A DNA stretch of 36,846 bases, from positions 1-36,846 of the IMG/VR virus record IMGVR_UViG_3300020292_000004, one strand, 5' to 3'. Positions 8,458 to 16,468 of the stretch are shown in pieces. Position numbers and translations under genes: made by a program. The DNA comes from a virus (Duplodnaviria; Caudoviricetes). The notes under the pieces were generated by a model that was not told the origin of the DNA, searched no databases, and saw only the letters and a list, made by a program, of their open reading frames with translations. Each line of letters opens with the position of its first letter. Positions within the stretch are counted from its first letter, which is position 1.

Positions 8458-9024
8458 ATGGACCAAAACAAGGCAATAAATGGGCGGCAAAGGGTGGAAC
8501 TAGACCCATTGAAAATAAGTATGATTTATGAGACGTTCCCCAAATGGAAGAAGGGGAGGGAGGTTTCAAGAGTTATTGACGACTTAATGACTGATTACCT
8601 TGACAAGAATTATAAATTAATAATGGAGAGGGGCGAGCGTGAGCGAGCCTTTCATACTTCTAATAATAAGAAGAATAAGGAAAAACAAAAAAAGGAGTTT
8701 TCCACAGAAGAAATTAATGGCTTCTTTGACAGCTTTTGGACTATTTACAGATCAGCTTCCAAAGGAGTTAGCAACGCTAAGAAAACAAAAGCCTTAGAAG
8801 AATTTAAAAAAGCAGTTTTTGAAAGAAGTGCTAAACCTTCCGCTTTGATAGAAGCAGCCACTAAAGCGGTTAATGATCAAAAGATGCAGCTTCAAGCGAC
8901 AGGAGAATGTTTATGCCTTCCAGACGCTTTCAGATGGCTTAGAGATGACATATGGCTGTCTTTGTTAGAAGCCGTTACTGTTAAGCAACAAGTACAACAA
9001 GCGGGAATACAAATTTATGACTAA
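8458..9024 (+). CDS. replication initiator / replisome-organiser-like protein
   Basis: C-terminal FFDSFWTIY...KTKALEEFKK...PDAFRWL..DIW typical of phage Rep C-termini, with an Asn/Lys-rich linker; first rightward gene. Confidence 0.6.
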   Translation: MDQNKAINGRQRVELDPLKISMIYETFPKWKKGREVSRVIDDLMTDYLDKNYKLIMERGERERAFHTSNNKKNKEKQKKEFSTEEINGFFDSFWTIYRSASKGVSNAKKTKALEEFKKAVFERSAKPSALIEAATKAVNDQKMQLQATGECLCLPDAFRWLRDDIWLSLLEAVTVKQQVQQAGIQIYD

Positions 9025-9340
9025 CGCAATTACTAGAACTTTTGGAAAGCTTTACGATCCAAACGCCGCTGGGAAATATGTTTGGCATGTCATACCAAAG
9101 AATTACAAAGCGGGAACCGCTGCAAGTTTTGTGGGTACTGGAACACCTGACCCAACAAATCTATTAAATCAAGGTTTTGTATTAGTTAACCCAGTTCAAA
9201 TGGGAAAATATGACGATTTTGGATGGTACTACACATTTAAACCGCCTGTAGATGGTGTTGTTCCTGGTAAGTATGTGCGAGTTATTCAAGACCACGAATT
9301 AAAAGAAGCCAAAAAACAATATGAAACGAGGAGTAGATAA
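9017..9340 (+). CDS. hypothetical protein
   Basis: 107-aa ORF overlapping the Rep stop. Confidence 0.7.
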   Translation: MTNAITRTFGKLYDPNAAGKYVWHVIPKNYKAGTAASFVGTGTPDPTNLLNQGFVLVNPVQMGKYDDFGWYYTFKPPVDGVVPGKYVRVIQDHELKEAKKQYETRSR

Positions 9341-10062
9341 TGAAATTATTAATGCCCGAATTACCAGCTACAGGAAAATGGATTCCAAATGTTCCCTATT
9401 TAGATTTCTATCCTGAATCGGGTTATTTCTTCCACGAAAAACCTATCAGCTACAGAATTTCAGAAGTCATAACAACAGAAAAAGAGCGTGAATGGTTTGC
9501 TAAAGCAAGAAATGGAGAATATGGAGAAGATAAACAAATAGAACTTTTATTAGCTATTGAACGAGGTGGAAAGGTTCACGAATGGCATAACTCACATGTA
9601 AGGGGGCGTTCATATAATGCGACTCCATACCAAAAAATTTGTGATCAAATCAAAGAGCTTGATATATGGAATGAGTGGGATGTGGCTGCTTCTGAATATG
9701 CAATGGTTGATGTAAAAAGAAGCATTGCCGGAACATGTGACATGATATTGAGACATAAAAAAGATAAAACCCGTTTTGCAATAGCTGATATAAAAACAAA
9801 AAATAATGCTTATGGAAAAAGCGGGAACCCGATCATCCCAAGCCAGAAAAATTATTCAGCCCAATTAGGTGGATATATAAATCTATTTAATTTGACTTGG
9901 CCTCTTTTAAAATTAGAGGATTGCTTTGTTATTTATGCAAATGAATTAACAGCACATATTCATAAAAACAGATGGGGAGAAAATAAATATAACTACATAG
10001 ATTGTGTTGATACATACGAGGGTTGCAGGAATTACTTCTTTAGAGAAATGGAGACTATCTAA
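9340..10062 (+). CDS. PD-(D/E)XK exonuclease
   Basis: RGGKVH, SEY, AGTCD, IADIKT, QLGGY motifs. Confidence 0.85.
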   Translation: MKLLMPELPATGKWIPNVPYLDFYPESGYFFHEKPISYRISEVITTEKEREWFAKARNGEYGEDKQIELLLAIERGGKVHEWHNSHVRGRSYNATPYQKICDQIKELDIWNEWDVAASEYAMVDVKRSIAGTCDMILRHKKDKTRFAIADIKTKNNAYGKSGNPIIPSQKNYSAQLGGYINLFNLTWPLLKLEDCFVIYANELTAHIHKNRWGENKYNYIDCVDTYEGCRNYFFREMETI

Positions 10063-10355
10063 TGATTCAACAATTACTAAATTGCATAAAAGCGTTATTC
10101 TTACGCAATAAGGACAAAGAAACTTTCCCTCAATGTCCTGATTTTATCCCTGACAAAGAAGACATGACTTTTGTTGATCCTGATAATTATGAGGAATTAT
10201 CAGATATAGCTATTGATGCTTTTGATAGAGCAATAAAGCAACCATATGCTTTAAATAATTGTAAAATAATTTATGAAATTTGTTATAACAAACCAGCAGC
10301 AAAAAAAGAATTTAACGACTGGATACAACCAGAATTTGATAATCCTCTTTTTTAA
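10062..10355 (+). CDS. hypothetical protein
   Basis: 97-aa ORF, TAATG coupling. Confidence 0.65.
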   Translation: MIQQLLNCIKALFLRNKDKETFPQCPDFIPDKEDMTFVDPDNYEELSDIAIDAFDRAIKQPYALNNCKIIYEICYNKPAAKKEFNDWIQPEFDNPLF

Positions 10356-10469
10356 ATGCTTATCCCTAACCCATATAAATTAATTAGAAATTCTGATGGA
10401 GTAATAGTTGGTGAAAATGTTTATGAAGAAGATTTTATAGAGATAAAAGAAGAGGAAGTAGAAGAATGA
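10356..10469 (+). CDS. 37-aa acidic peptide
   Basis: Hand-translated MLIPNPYKLIRNSDGVIVGENVYEEDFIEIKEEEVEE; starts right after the previous stop and overlaps the next start (ATGA). Confidence 0.5.
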   Translation: MLIPNPYKLIRNSDGVIVGENVYEEDFIEIKEEEVEE

Positions 10470-10816
10470 AATGCCCTAAATGTGGAACTGATACCACGAA
10501 AACAAAACATATTATTTTAAATACAACTATTTCTAATAAAGGTGAAACTATAAGAAGAAGAAGGAAGTGCAACCACTGTGGATGTTTATTTACTACTAGA
10601 GAGTTTACAAGTGACGCAATTGGAAAGTTATTAACACTAAAAGATCTAATGCTTTCAGAGACTAAAGTAAATGATACAGATAGTTTTTTAGATAATGTTA
10701 TTGAAGATTTAAAGACTGGAATAACAAATATTAGAAGAGTAAAAAACACATTAAGAAACCATGTAAACAACAGAGAAGATCTGCTGATGGACCTAAAAGG
10801 ACAACACCATGAATAA
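10466..10816 (+). CDS. NrdR-like N-terminal zinc-ribbon protein without an ATP cone
   Basis: MKCPKCG...IRRRRKCNHCGCLFTTRE. Confidence 0.75.
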   Translation: MKCPKCGTDTTKTKHIILNTTISNKGETIRRRRKCNHCGCLFTTREFTSDAIGKLLTLKDLMLSETKVNDTDSFLDNVIEDLKTGITNIRRVKNTLRNHVNNREDLLMDLKGQHHE

Positions 10817-11030
10817 AAAACAACTAGAAAAAAAAGTTGAAAAAGAAATAAGAGAAGTTATGGAAGGTGAACTTTTCAACAATGAAACTTTTAATTTAAT
10901 GGTTGAAAAAATGGTGACTGTTTTAGAGCAATTACCAAATGAGCCTGTAGAGAATGAATTTTTAAGAGAGTTGTTTTTAAGAATTAGGCGTAGAAATCAT
11001 CTTATGGAAATGGAAAACCGTAAATTATGA
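10809..11030 (+). CDS. hypothetical protein
   Basis: 73-aa helical ORF coupled to its neighbours. Confidence 0.65.
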   Translation: MNKKQLEKKVEKEIREVMEGELFNNETFNLMVEKMVTVLEQLPNEPVENEFLRELFLRIRRRNHLMEMENRKL

Positions 11031-11374
11031 ATAAGCAAAAAAATAAAGGTGATACTGCTGAAAGAGAAGCAGCAAAGCTATTAGCAGAAGCTACAGGATT
11101 ACCAGTTAGAAGAAAGCTAGGAGCTGGCCGCCAAGATGATGTTGGTGATTTAGATGGAGTACCAAAAACAGTTATACAGATTGCCAGTTATTCAAACCCT
11201 AATGTTCCCTGTTTAAAGAAACCAAGAGAAGTAGAGCTACAGAGAAAGAACGCTAAAGCTAAATTTGCTGCTTCTTTGATTCGCTGGCCCAGGGTGCGTG
11301 GTCCTGATAAGTGGAGGGTGGTTTTAACTATTCCTCAATTTGCCAAGCTCCTAATGGCTGCATTAAAAAAATGA
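11027..11374 (+). CDS. Holliday-junction-resolvase-like (Hjc-type) nuclease
   Basis: KNKGDTAERE, DDVGDL, then IQIAS (atypical in place of E/QxK). Confidence 0.65.
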   Translation: MNKQKNKGDTAEREAAKLLAEATGLPVRRKLGAGRQDDVGDLDGVPKTVIQIASYSNPNVPCLKKPREVELQRKNAKAKFAASLIRWPRVRGPDKWRVVLTIPQFAKLLMAALKK

Positions 11375-12153
11375 AAGAATTGAAATTAATTGATTGTTTC
11401 TCTGGTTTGGGTGTCTTCAGTTATGCAGCAGAAAAATTAGTAAGAGGATTTAAAACGGTGGCATTTGTCGAGTGCGAACCATTTTGTCAAAAGGTATTAA
11501 AAAAGCATTGGCCTAGTGTGCCTATCTATGAAGACATCAAAACCTACAACCCAGAGCCATATTCAGCAGATGTTGTTTGTGGGGGATTTCCCTGCCAGTC
11601 AATCTCAAATTGTGGAAGAGGCGAGGGTATCACAGAAACCTCCCAATCGGGATTATTCTTCGAGCTTATGCGAGTCATTCGCTTGGTTTCACCAAAATAC
11701 ATCATCTTGGAGAACGTGGCAGCGATCCTTCATAACGGGCTGGACATTGTACTTAGGGAGCTTTCCAAGACAGGGATATATGAGTGTGAATGGGCAACTT
11801 TTCGAGCAAGTGATACTGTCCAAGCCTGTCACCACAGAGATAGATGGTTTTGTATCTGCATTAGACGAGACATTGCCAACACCAATGGCTTCCCATTGGA
11901 AAGGAGTTGGAAAGAAGGGGAGCAAGTCAAGCCTGAGTCTTGCCAAGAAAGGCTACCTAACTGGGGTAATGAACGAATCCTGCTCAACCCCAACTGGAGA
12001 AGCTGGAATGTTGAACCCCTCATTCCTAGAAAAAATGATGGGACTACCTCTTGGATATACCGAAATAAAAGAATAAAAGCGTTAGGAAATTCAATTGTTG
12101 CTCCATGCGCGGCTATCCCCCTACAACGAGTTAAAGAGCTTTCGATACTATGA
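11371..12153 (+). CDS. C5 cytosine DNA methyltransferase, large (alpha) polypeptide
   Basis: Motif I DCFSGLG, IV GGFPCQ, VI ENV, VIII HHRDRWF, X KALGNSI; motif IX is absent from this frame; ATG at 11371. Confidence 0.92.
   Translation: MKELKLIDCFSGLGVFSYAAEKLVRGFKTVAFVECEPFCQKVLKKHWPSVPIYEDIKTYNPEPYSADVVCGGFPCQSISNCGRGEGITETSQSGLFFELMRVIRLVSPKYIILENVAAILHNGLDIVLRELSKTGIYECEWATFRASDTVQACHHRDRWFCICIRRDIANTNGFPLERSWKEGEQVKPESCQERLPNWGNERILLNPNWRSWNVEPLIPRKNDGTTSWIYRNKRIKALGNSIVAPCAAIPLQRVKELSIL
11516..12076 (+). CDS. nested +1-frame polypeptide (beta subunit) with TRD-like region and motif IX
   Basis: 186-codon ORF fully inside the MTase gene; LPTPMASHWKG and LNPSFLEKMMGLPLGYT; start GTG 11516 or ATG 11528. 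Confidence 0.8.
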   Translation: MCLSMKTSKPTTQSHIQQMLFVGDFPASQSQIVEEARVSQKPPNRDYSSSLCESFAWFHQNTSSWRTWQRSFITGWTLYLGSFPRQGYMSVNGQLFEQVILSKPVTTEIDGFVSALDETLPTPMASHWKGVGKKGSKSSLSLAKKGYLTGVMNESCSTPTGEAGMLNPSFLEKMMGLPLGYTEIKE

Positions 12154-12338
12154 AAAAATTACTAGATGCTATCGGTTCACTTTTTATTTATCAAAGCCCT
12201 GAACCTAATGAAGGTTTTAGAAATTTCTATAGAAAAAAATTAAGGTCAATGACTAATTATGAACTTAGGAAAATGGCAGGAACTACCAACCATTTTAATA
12301 AAACAATTTTGGTGAATATGATATTAGACGAAACTTGA
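12150..12338 (+). CDS. small protein, possible HeH/Rho-N-like helical motif
   Basis: LRSMTNYELRKMAG...KTILVNMIL; ATGA overlap with the MTase. Confidence 0.55.
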   Translation: MKKLLDAIGSLFIYQSPEPNEGFRNFYRKKLRSMTNYELRKMAGTTNHFNKTILVNMILDET

Positions 12339-12416
12339 CTAGCTTTAAGAGCTATCTAGAATGATTTTGTACTATACATAAATCAAGCATTAAAAATTAA
12401 GCATTGGGATTTTCCT

Positions 12417-12452
12417 AGCTCTTAACTCTTAGAGGACGTTAAGGGCTTTTTT
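12417..12452 (+). terminator. intrinsic terminator ending the rightward operon
   Basis: AGCTCTTAAC...GTTAAGGGCT followed by a T run. Confidence 0.65.
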
Positions 12453-12551
12453 ATTGGCTTGTAATTGTTCGGCTCTTTCTTGTTGCCGTCTTAGTTCAAC
12501 ACAATGAGGACAATTACATACTTTTAATATGGATAATTTCTCTTGTTCCAT
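12429..12551 (-). CDS. 40-aa CxCxxC peptide
   Basis: Hand-translated MEQEKLSILKVCNCPHCVELRRQQERAEQLQANKKALNVL. Confidence 0.45.
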   Translation of the reverse strand: MEQEKLSILKVCNCPHCVELRRQQERAEQLQANKKALNVL

Positions 12552-12727
12552 TTTTCATAGATAGCATAATCTTTTTTAAATTTCTTATATGTTTCTAGCT
12601 CTTGCCATAAACCTGTAAAACAATGTCTATGGGGATGGCCTACTTTGTCCCGTTCATCCATTTCATAAAGTTCATTTATAATCTGAATTCTTTTTGCGTT
12701 CTCTGCAACTGTGATTTTTGAACTCAT
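12524..12727 (-). CDS. small conserved-looking hypothetical protein
   Basis: LYEMDER...HPHRHCFTGLW resembles a motif I recall from cyanophage small proteins (unverified). Confidence 0.65.
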   Translation of the reverse strand: MSSKITVAENAKRIQIINELYEMDERDKVGHPHRHCFTGLWQELETYKKFKKDYAIYEKWNKRNYPY

Positions 12728-12782
12728 TTGTACTTTACTTTTAATGTTATTTTATTACGATTAAGTAAAAGTATCACTGCTT

Positions 12783-13256
12783 ATGACTGATTCAGCAAGC
12801 TCTACAAAACCAGAAGGTACAAAAGCAGTAGACGTTGAAGAAGATACGCCTGAATATCAAGAGATGATTATGTTCTATATATCAAACACTGTTAGAGCTG
12901 GTCTAACCCTTTGGTGCTTAATAATAATTTCATTAGCGTACATAAAATTGCCCCCAAGAATGTTTGGAATGGATATTCCAGAGCAAAGAATTGATGCAAC
13001 CTACAGCGCCGGATTATTAGGAAATTTATTAGCTAGTTATGGCATTTCAATAGGAGGTATGAGCAAAAAGAAGAAAAGGGAAAACGGCGAAAGCCAAAAT
13101 GGTAATGGAAGTAGCAACAACAGTAAACAGGCTCATTCCATAATTGAGGTTAGGTATCCATTGACAGTAGAAGTTGGCAATGGTCAAGCCGTTAAAATTG
13201 ATCCAATCACCCAAAAACCAATTGACCCCATTAGTGGGCGCTTAGAAACCACATGA
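12783..13256 (+). CDS. two-TM inner-membrane protein (holin-like topology)
   Basis: Hydrophobic segments AGLTLWCLIIISLAYI and YSAGLLGNLLASYGISIG, followed by KKKKR. Confidence 0.7.
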   Translation: MTDSASSTKPEGTKAVDVEEDTPEYQEMIMFYISNTVRAGLTLWCLIIISLAYIKLPPRMFGMDIPEQRIDATYSAGLLGNLLASYGISIGGMSKKKKRENGESQNGNGSSNNSKQAHSIIEVRYPLTVEVGNGQAVKIDPITQKPIDPISGRLETT

Positions 13257-13768
13257 AAAAACTTTTAATCCCCTTTGCTTTCTTGCTTGCGTCTTCTGCT
13301 AACGCAGGCCCAATCATTCACAAAATAACCGCTACTTCCCAAGGAATAGTTGACGGTGCTTATTCTCATATCAAGGCCGTTCCAAGTACTTACACAATGT
13401 CTAGTACTGGAGTTACAGCTTCAACTCTTGGGCATTTAGACGTACCAGCATCAGCCAACAATGCTCTGACAGGAGTCGCTGCTACTCACGGCACAGGTAG
13501 TTATAGTCAGACCACCGCAGGAGCCGCTACAAGTTTTTCTGAGTCATATATTCAAGGCTCAAGTGTAAGTTCAGCAGCTTCGTTAACTCATGCAGGATTA
13601 ACAAGTCTTCCATCAGGTTTAGATGCTGTTTATGTAGCTGGTGGATCAAATAATGGAATGAGCATTGCAATCACATCTGTAGGCGGTGGCACAATTACAC
13701 TGGCTCCGGGTGCTGCTGGAACTTCTGTGACTGGATCAATAACAAGTGCTTTGCAAATTGGTGATTAA
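13253..13768 (+). CDS. secreted Ser/Thr/Gly/Ala-rich beta protein
   Basis: Sec signal MKKLLIPFAFLLASSANA|G; the mature part has very few charged residues. Confidence 0.75.
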   Translation: MKKLLIPFAFLLASSANAGPIIHKITATSQGIVDGAYSHIKAVPSTYTMSSTGVTASTLGHLDVPASANNALTGVAATHGTGSYSQTTAGAATSFSESYIQGSSVSSAASLTHAGLTSLPSGLDAVYVAGGSNNGMSIAITSVGGGTITLAPGAAGTSVTGSITSALQIGD

Positions 13769-14202
13769 TGAAGGCCTTTATATTGTTAATTGCCTTTGCA
13801 AGTATTGATACTATTGAGGCTTTTGCTGTTCCCGTTGTTCCTAACTTTCAAAGTGGATCAACTACCAGCACCACAACTTCAACCCAAAAAACAGTAGAAC
13901 TAATAGAAACTTGGGACTATCAGACAGGTTTTGAATATAGTTTAGGAGGGACAAATTTACACATAGAGGGGAATATAGCTCCAGCAGTAGAGGCGGTAGG
14001 AACTCATTCAGTTAACGGAGTTACAACAACACATTACGGAGCTAATTTAAATACTTTGCCCAATGTGACTCTTGAAGTACAGGGCGCAAGTACAAACCTA
14101 TTAAATTCATATCATGGACCCGGACTAAAAAGTTTTACTCGAATTTCTAGAGATATTACAACTGACTCAATAACTGAAACTATGAGTACATTTACACAAT
14201 GA
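13768..14202 (+). CDS. secreted Thr-rich beta protein (VPVVPNF N-terminus)
   Basis: Signal-like MKAFILLIAFASIDTIEAFA|VP; TAATG coupling. Confidence 0.75.
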   Translation: MKAFILLIAFASIDTIEAFAVPVVPNFQSGSTTSTTTSTQKTVELIETWDYQTGFEYSLGGTNLHIEGNIAPAVEAVGTHSVNGVTTTHYGANLNTLPNVTLEVQGASTNLLNSYHGPGLKSFTRISRDITTDSITETMSTFTQ

Positions 14203-14930
14203 AGAAGGGCTTATTTGCTTTACTACTTATTATCCCTAACCCAGTATTTGCAGAAGTAAGTATGAGCAATAATCCAATATCTAATTCCAGTGGTTCCGTA
14301 ACTAATATGGGTGTGTTAAATATGCCAAGTAAACAATTTACGAATACTTTATCATTAAACCAAGCTCAATGCCAAGGTGATACTTTCGTAGTTCAACCTT
14401 TTGTTAGTACTAATATTTCAGGAGGTATGCCAAAAGTTGAAAGTTTTCTTGATCCTGTTTATTCAACTAAAGATATAAAAGGGGCTTTCGATGACGAAGG
14501 AAATGAAATAGGTGATGGAGAAATTGATAACCCTACTTTGGTTAGAGGATATAAAACAGTAAACCGATTTGAGAAGACGAATTGGGCAATCTCACCGGGA
14601 GTAAGTTTAAGTCTAAATATAAATCTAGATCGAAAATCTGTACGTGCTTGTAGGAAAGCCCAGACTCATTTAGTTAATCTTTTACAAGCAAAGCATGAAG
14701 ATGCCAGAATGTCATTCGAGCTTGGGAGGGCAAAACATTGCTCAGAATTATTTAGGAGTGGAACTAGATTTAAAAAGGGTTCAAAATACGAAATATTATG
14801 CTCAGACATCGAATTGGTTTCTAAGCCCGGAACACTCATAGACCATTCTCATAGTATTGAAATTACTTCATCCGATCCCTCTGTGCCTTTCTCCTTTGAG
14901 ATAAAGAAAGAATCTCCTCCTTCTTCTTAA
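14199..14930 (+). CDS. secreted 4-Cys alpha/beta protein (possible outer-membrane oligomer)
   Basis: Signal MKKGLFALLLIIPNPVFA|E; amphipathic strands DTFVVQPFVSTN and WAISPGVSLSLNINL; four Cys. Confidence 0.7.
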   Translation: MKKGLFALLLIIPNPVFAEVSMSNNPISNSSGSVTNMGVLNMPSKQFTNTLSLNQAQCQGDTFVVQPFVSTNISGGMPKVESFLDPVYSTKDIKGAFDDEGNEIGDGEIDNPTLVRGYKTVNRFEKTNWAISPGVSLSLNINLDRKSVRACRKAQTHLVNLLQAKHEDARMSFELGRAKHCSELFRSGTRFKKGSKYEILCSDIELVSKPGTLIDHSHSIEITSSDPSVPFSFEIKKESPPSS

Positions 14931-15687
14931 ATAACTTTTTAGCAAGGGCTTTAGACCGTTTTTTAATTTGCTTTTGGATCTGACGTTGAACGATTTTTAT
15001 GTATGGTTGAAGCGTACCAACAGCAAGAATACTGGTAACAGCTATTGCAGATGTTGAAACCAGTAATGGAGCAGGGGGAGAATAATTACCAGCTATTTCA
15101 AGTGGATTTAAACCTTGCCAAATCGTCTCACATTTACCAGTTATAACATCTCTTTCCCATCCTTTTATTCTTGCTAAACCTCCTTTCCCAAGGCTTCCTA
15201 TTGGCGTTTTTGCAAGTGTATCTAAAGGTGGGCAGGGTAAAAATTCCGCAATAAACTGGTTATCAATATTTGGGGTTTTTGGTATTTGATTACTTACATT
15301 GGTATTGCTCTTTTGGTCACTTTTTCCATCCTCCTTTTTCACTTCCTTAGTTTCTTCCCCTACTGAATTAAGAAGCTTATAAGGAGTTTCTATTTTTGGC
15401 TCTAATTCTTTGATGTCTTGAGGAATAGAACCACTATCAGGAGCAAGAATAGTAACAGGAGAAAAATCACACAAAACCATTGATCCTTTGGGATCGGTTG
15501 TAAACATATCTCCAGCTCCAAGCTCTTTTTCCCGTGCCATCACGCAAGGAATATCAATTAACGGCACAAAGCCAAAAGGTAAATCTCCTAATGTTGTTGG
15601 TGGAATTATTTCTCTAGGCGGTATTAAGACAACATCATTAAGAGGATTAACTCTTACTTCTCTTGCTAAAGGTGGATCTATTTCCAC
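14863..15687 (-). CDS. Pro-rich 4-Cys protein with C-terminal TM anchor and basic tail
   Basis: LLVSTSAIAVTSILAVGTL followed by a K/R-rich helix; no N-terminal signal peptide. Confidence 0.7.
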   Translation of the reverse strand: MEIDPPLAREVRVNPLNDVVLIPPREIIPPTTLGDLPFGFVPLIDIPCVMAREKELGAGDMFTTDPKGSMVLCDFSPVTILAPDSGSIPQDIKELEPKIETPYKLLNSVGEETKEVKKEDGKSDQKSNTNVSNQIPKTPNIDNQFIAEFLPCPPLDTLAKTPIGSLGKGGLARIKGWERDVITGKCETIWQGLNPLEIAGNYSPPAPLLVSTSAIAVTSILAVGTLQPYIKIVQRQIQKQIKKRSKALAKKLFKKKEEILSLSQRRKAQRDRMK

Positions 15688-16206
15688 TTAGCAATCAACA
15701 AAACTAGAAGCAATATTTTTCCCTGCCTGACCAGCTTTTTTAACAGCTAAGGAATTTGCCACCCATCCAACAATAGGAACACTTGAAAGCCAACTAGAAG
15801 CAGGTGTAGAAGTAATTAAACTTTGCCCTACAATTTCACCTTGACCTTCTGCGCTGCCTTTTTCTTTTATACATTGCAAGTATTCCGCTGTTAATCTCGC
15901 ATTGTCTACTGGATGATGTGCAATATATTCTTTATGGTTATAATCTGTTTTCCCGTTCCATTTAGACTTTTCAGAAGTAAACATTACAGTCTTAGGTGAG
16001 TGCATATTATGAGTTACTAAAACGTCTAATTTCTCCCCATCCCGTGAATATTTCATTTGTGAAGAGCTGTTATCTGTTGTTTTTAATTGCGCTAAGTTTG
16101 GCATATCTATTTCACGCTTGCTAAGCATATTTAAAACAAAGAAGTTTTGACCAACCATTCCCACTCCAAGGATAATGGCAATTAATTGTGATGTAGATTT
16201 AAACAT
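15688..16206 (-). CDS. N-anchored membrane protein with glycine-zipper-like C-terminus
   Basis: LIAIILGVGMVGQNFFVL; C-terminal WLSSVPIVGWVANSLAV..AGQAG; two Cys, one of them terminal. Confidence 0.7.
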   Translation of the reverse strand: MFKSTSQLIAIILGVGMVGQNFFVLNMLSKREIDMPNLAQLKTTDNSSSQMKYSRDGEKLDVLVTHNMHSPKTVMFTSEKSKWNGKTDYNHKEYIAHHPVDNARLTAEYLQCIKEKGSAEGQGEIVGQSLITSTPASSWLSSVPIVGWVANSLAVKKAGQAGKNIASSFVDC

Positions 16207-16409
16207 TAGAACTTCATAACAGGGCCAGTTGTTGATGGCATTTTAGGAATAGAAGGCATTGAACCCTTCACAAGTTCAGGTAATTGCTCTGTAATTTTAT
16301 CCATTATTAAATTAGATATTTTTCCACGTTGTAAATAGATAAAAGTTGAACCACCAAACACCACTAAAAAAGTTGTAATGATTAGTGTATCAAGTACTTT
16401 TCTAAACAT
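16206..16409 (-). CDS. small single-TM protein
   Basis: LIITTFLVVFGGSTFIYL then a helix and Pro-rich tail. Confidence 0.7.
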   Translation of the reverse strand: MFRKVLDTLIITTFLVVFGGSTFIYLQRGKISNLIMDKITEQLPELVKGSMPSIPKMPSTTGPVMKF

Positions 16410-16468
16410 TTTTAAAAAGCTTTGTTCAATAGTAGCTATAGTTGAGACATATTAAAACCCTTGTCTAT

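Noticed and set aside
11689-12023. Antisense ORFs 11689..11946 and 11829..12023 in the MTase
   Set aside because: No motifs; expected by-product of a more GC-rich region already constrained in two frames.
11516-12076. Sequencing frameshift or pseudogene as the explanation of the two MTase frames
   Set aside because: Both frames are open simultaneously over 560 bp and frame 0 is intact from motif I to motif X.
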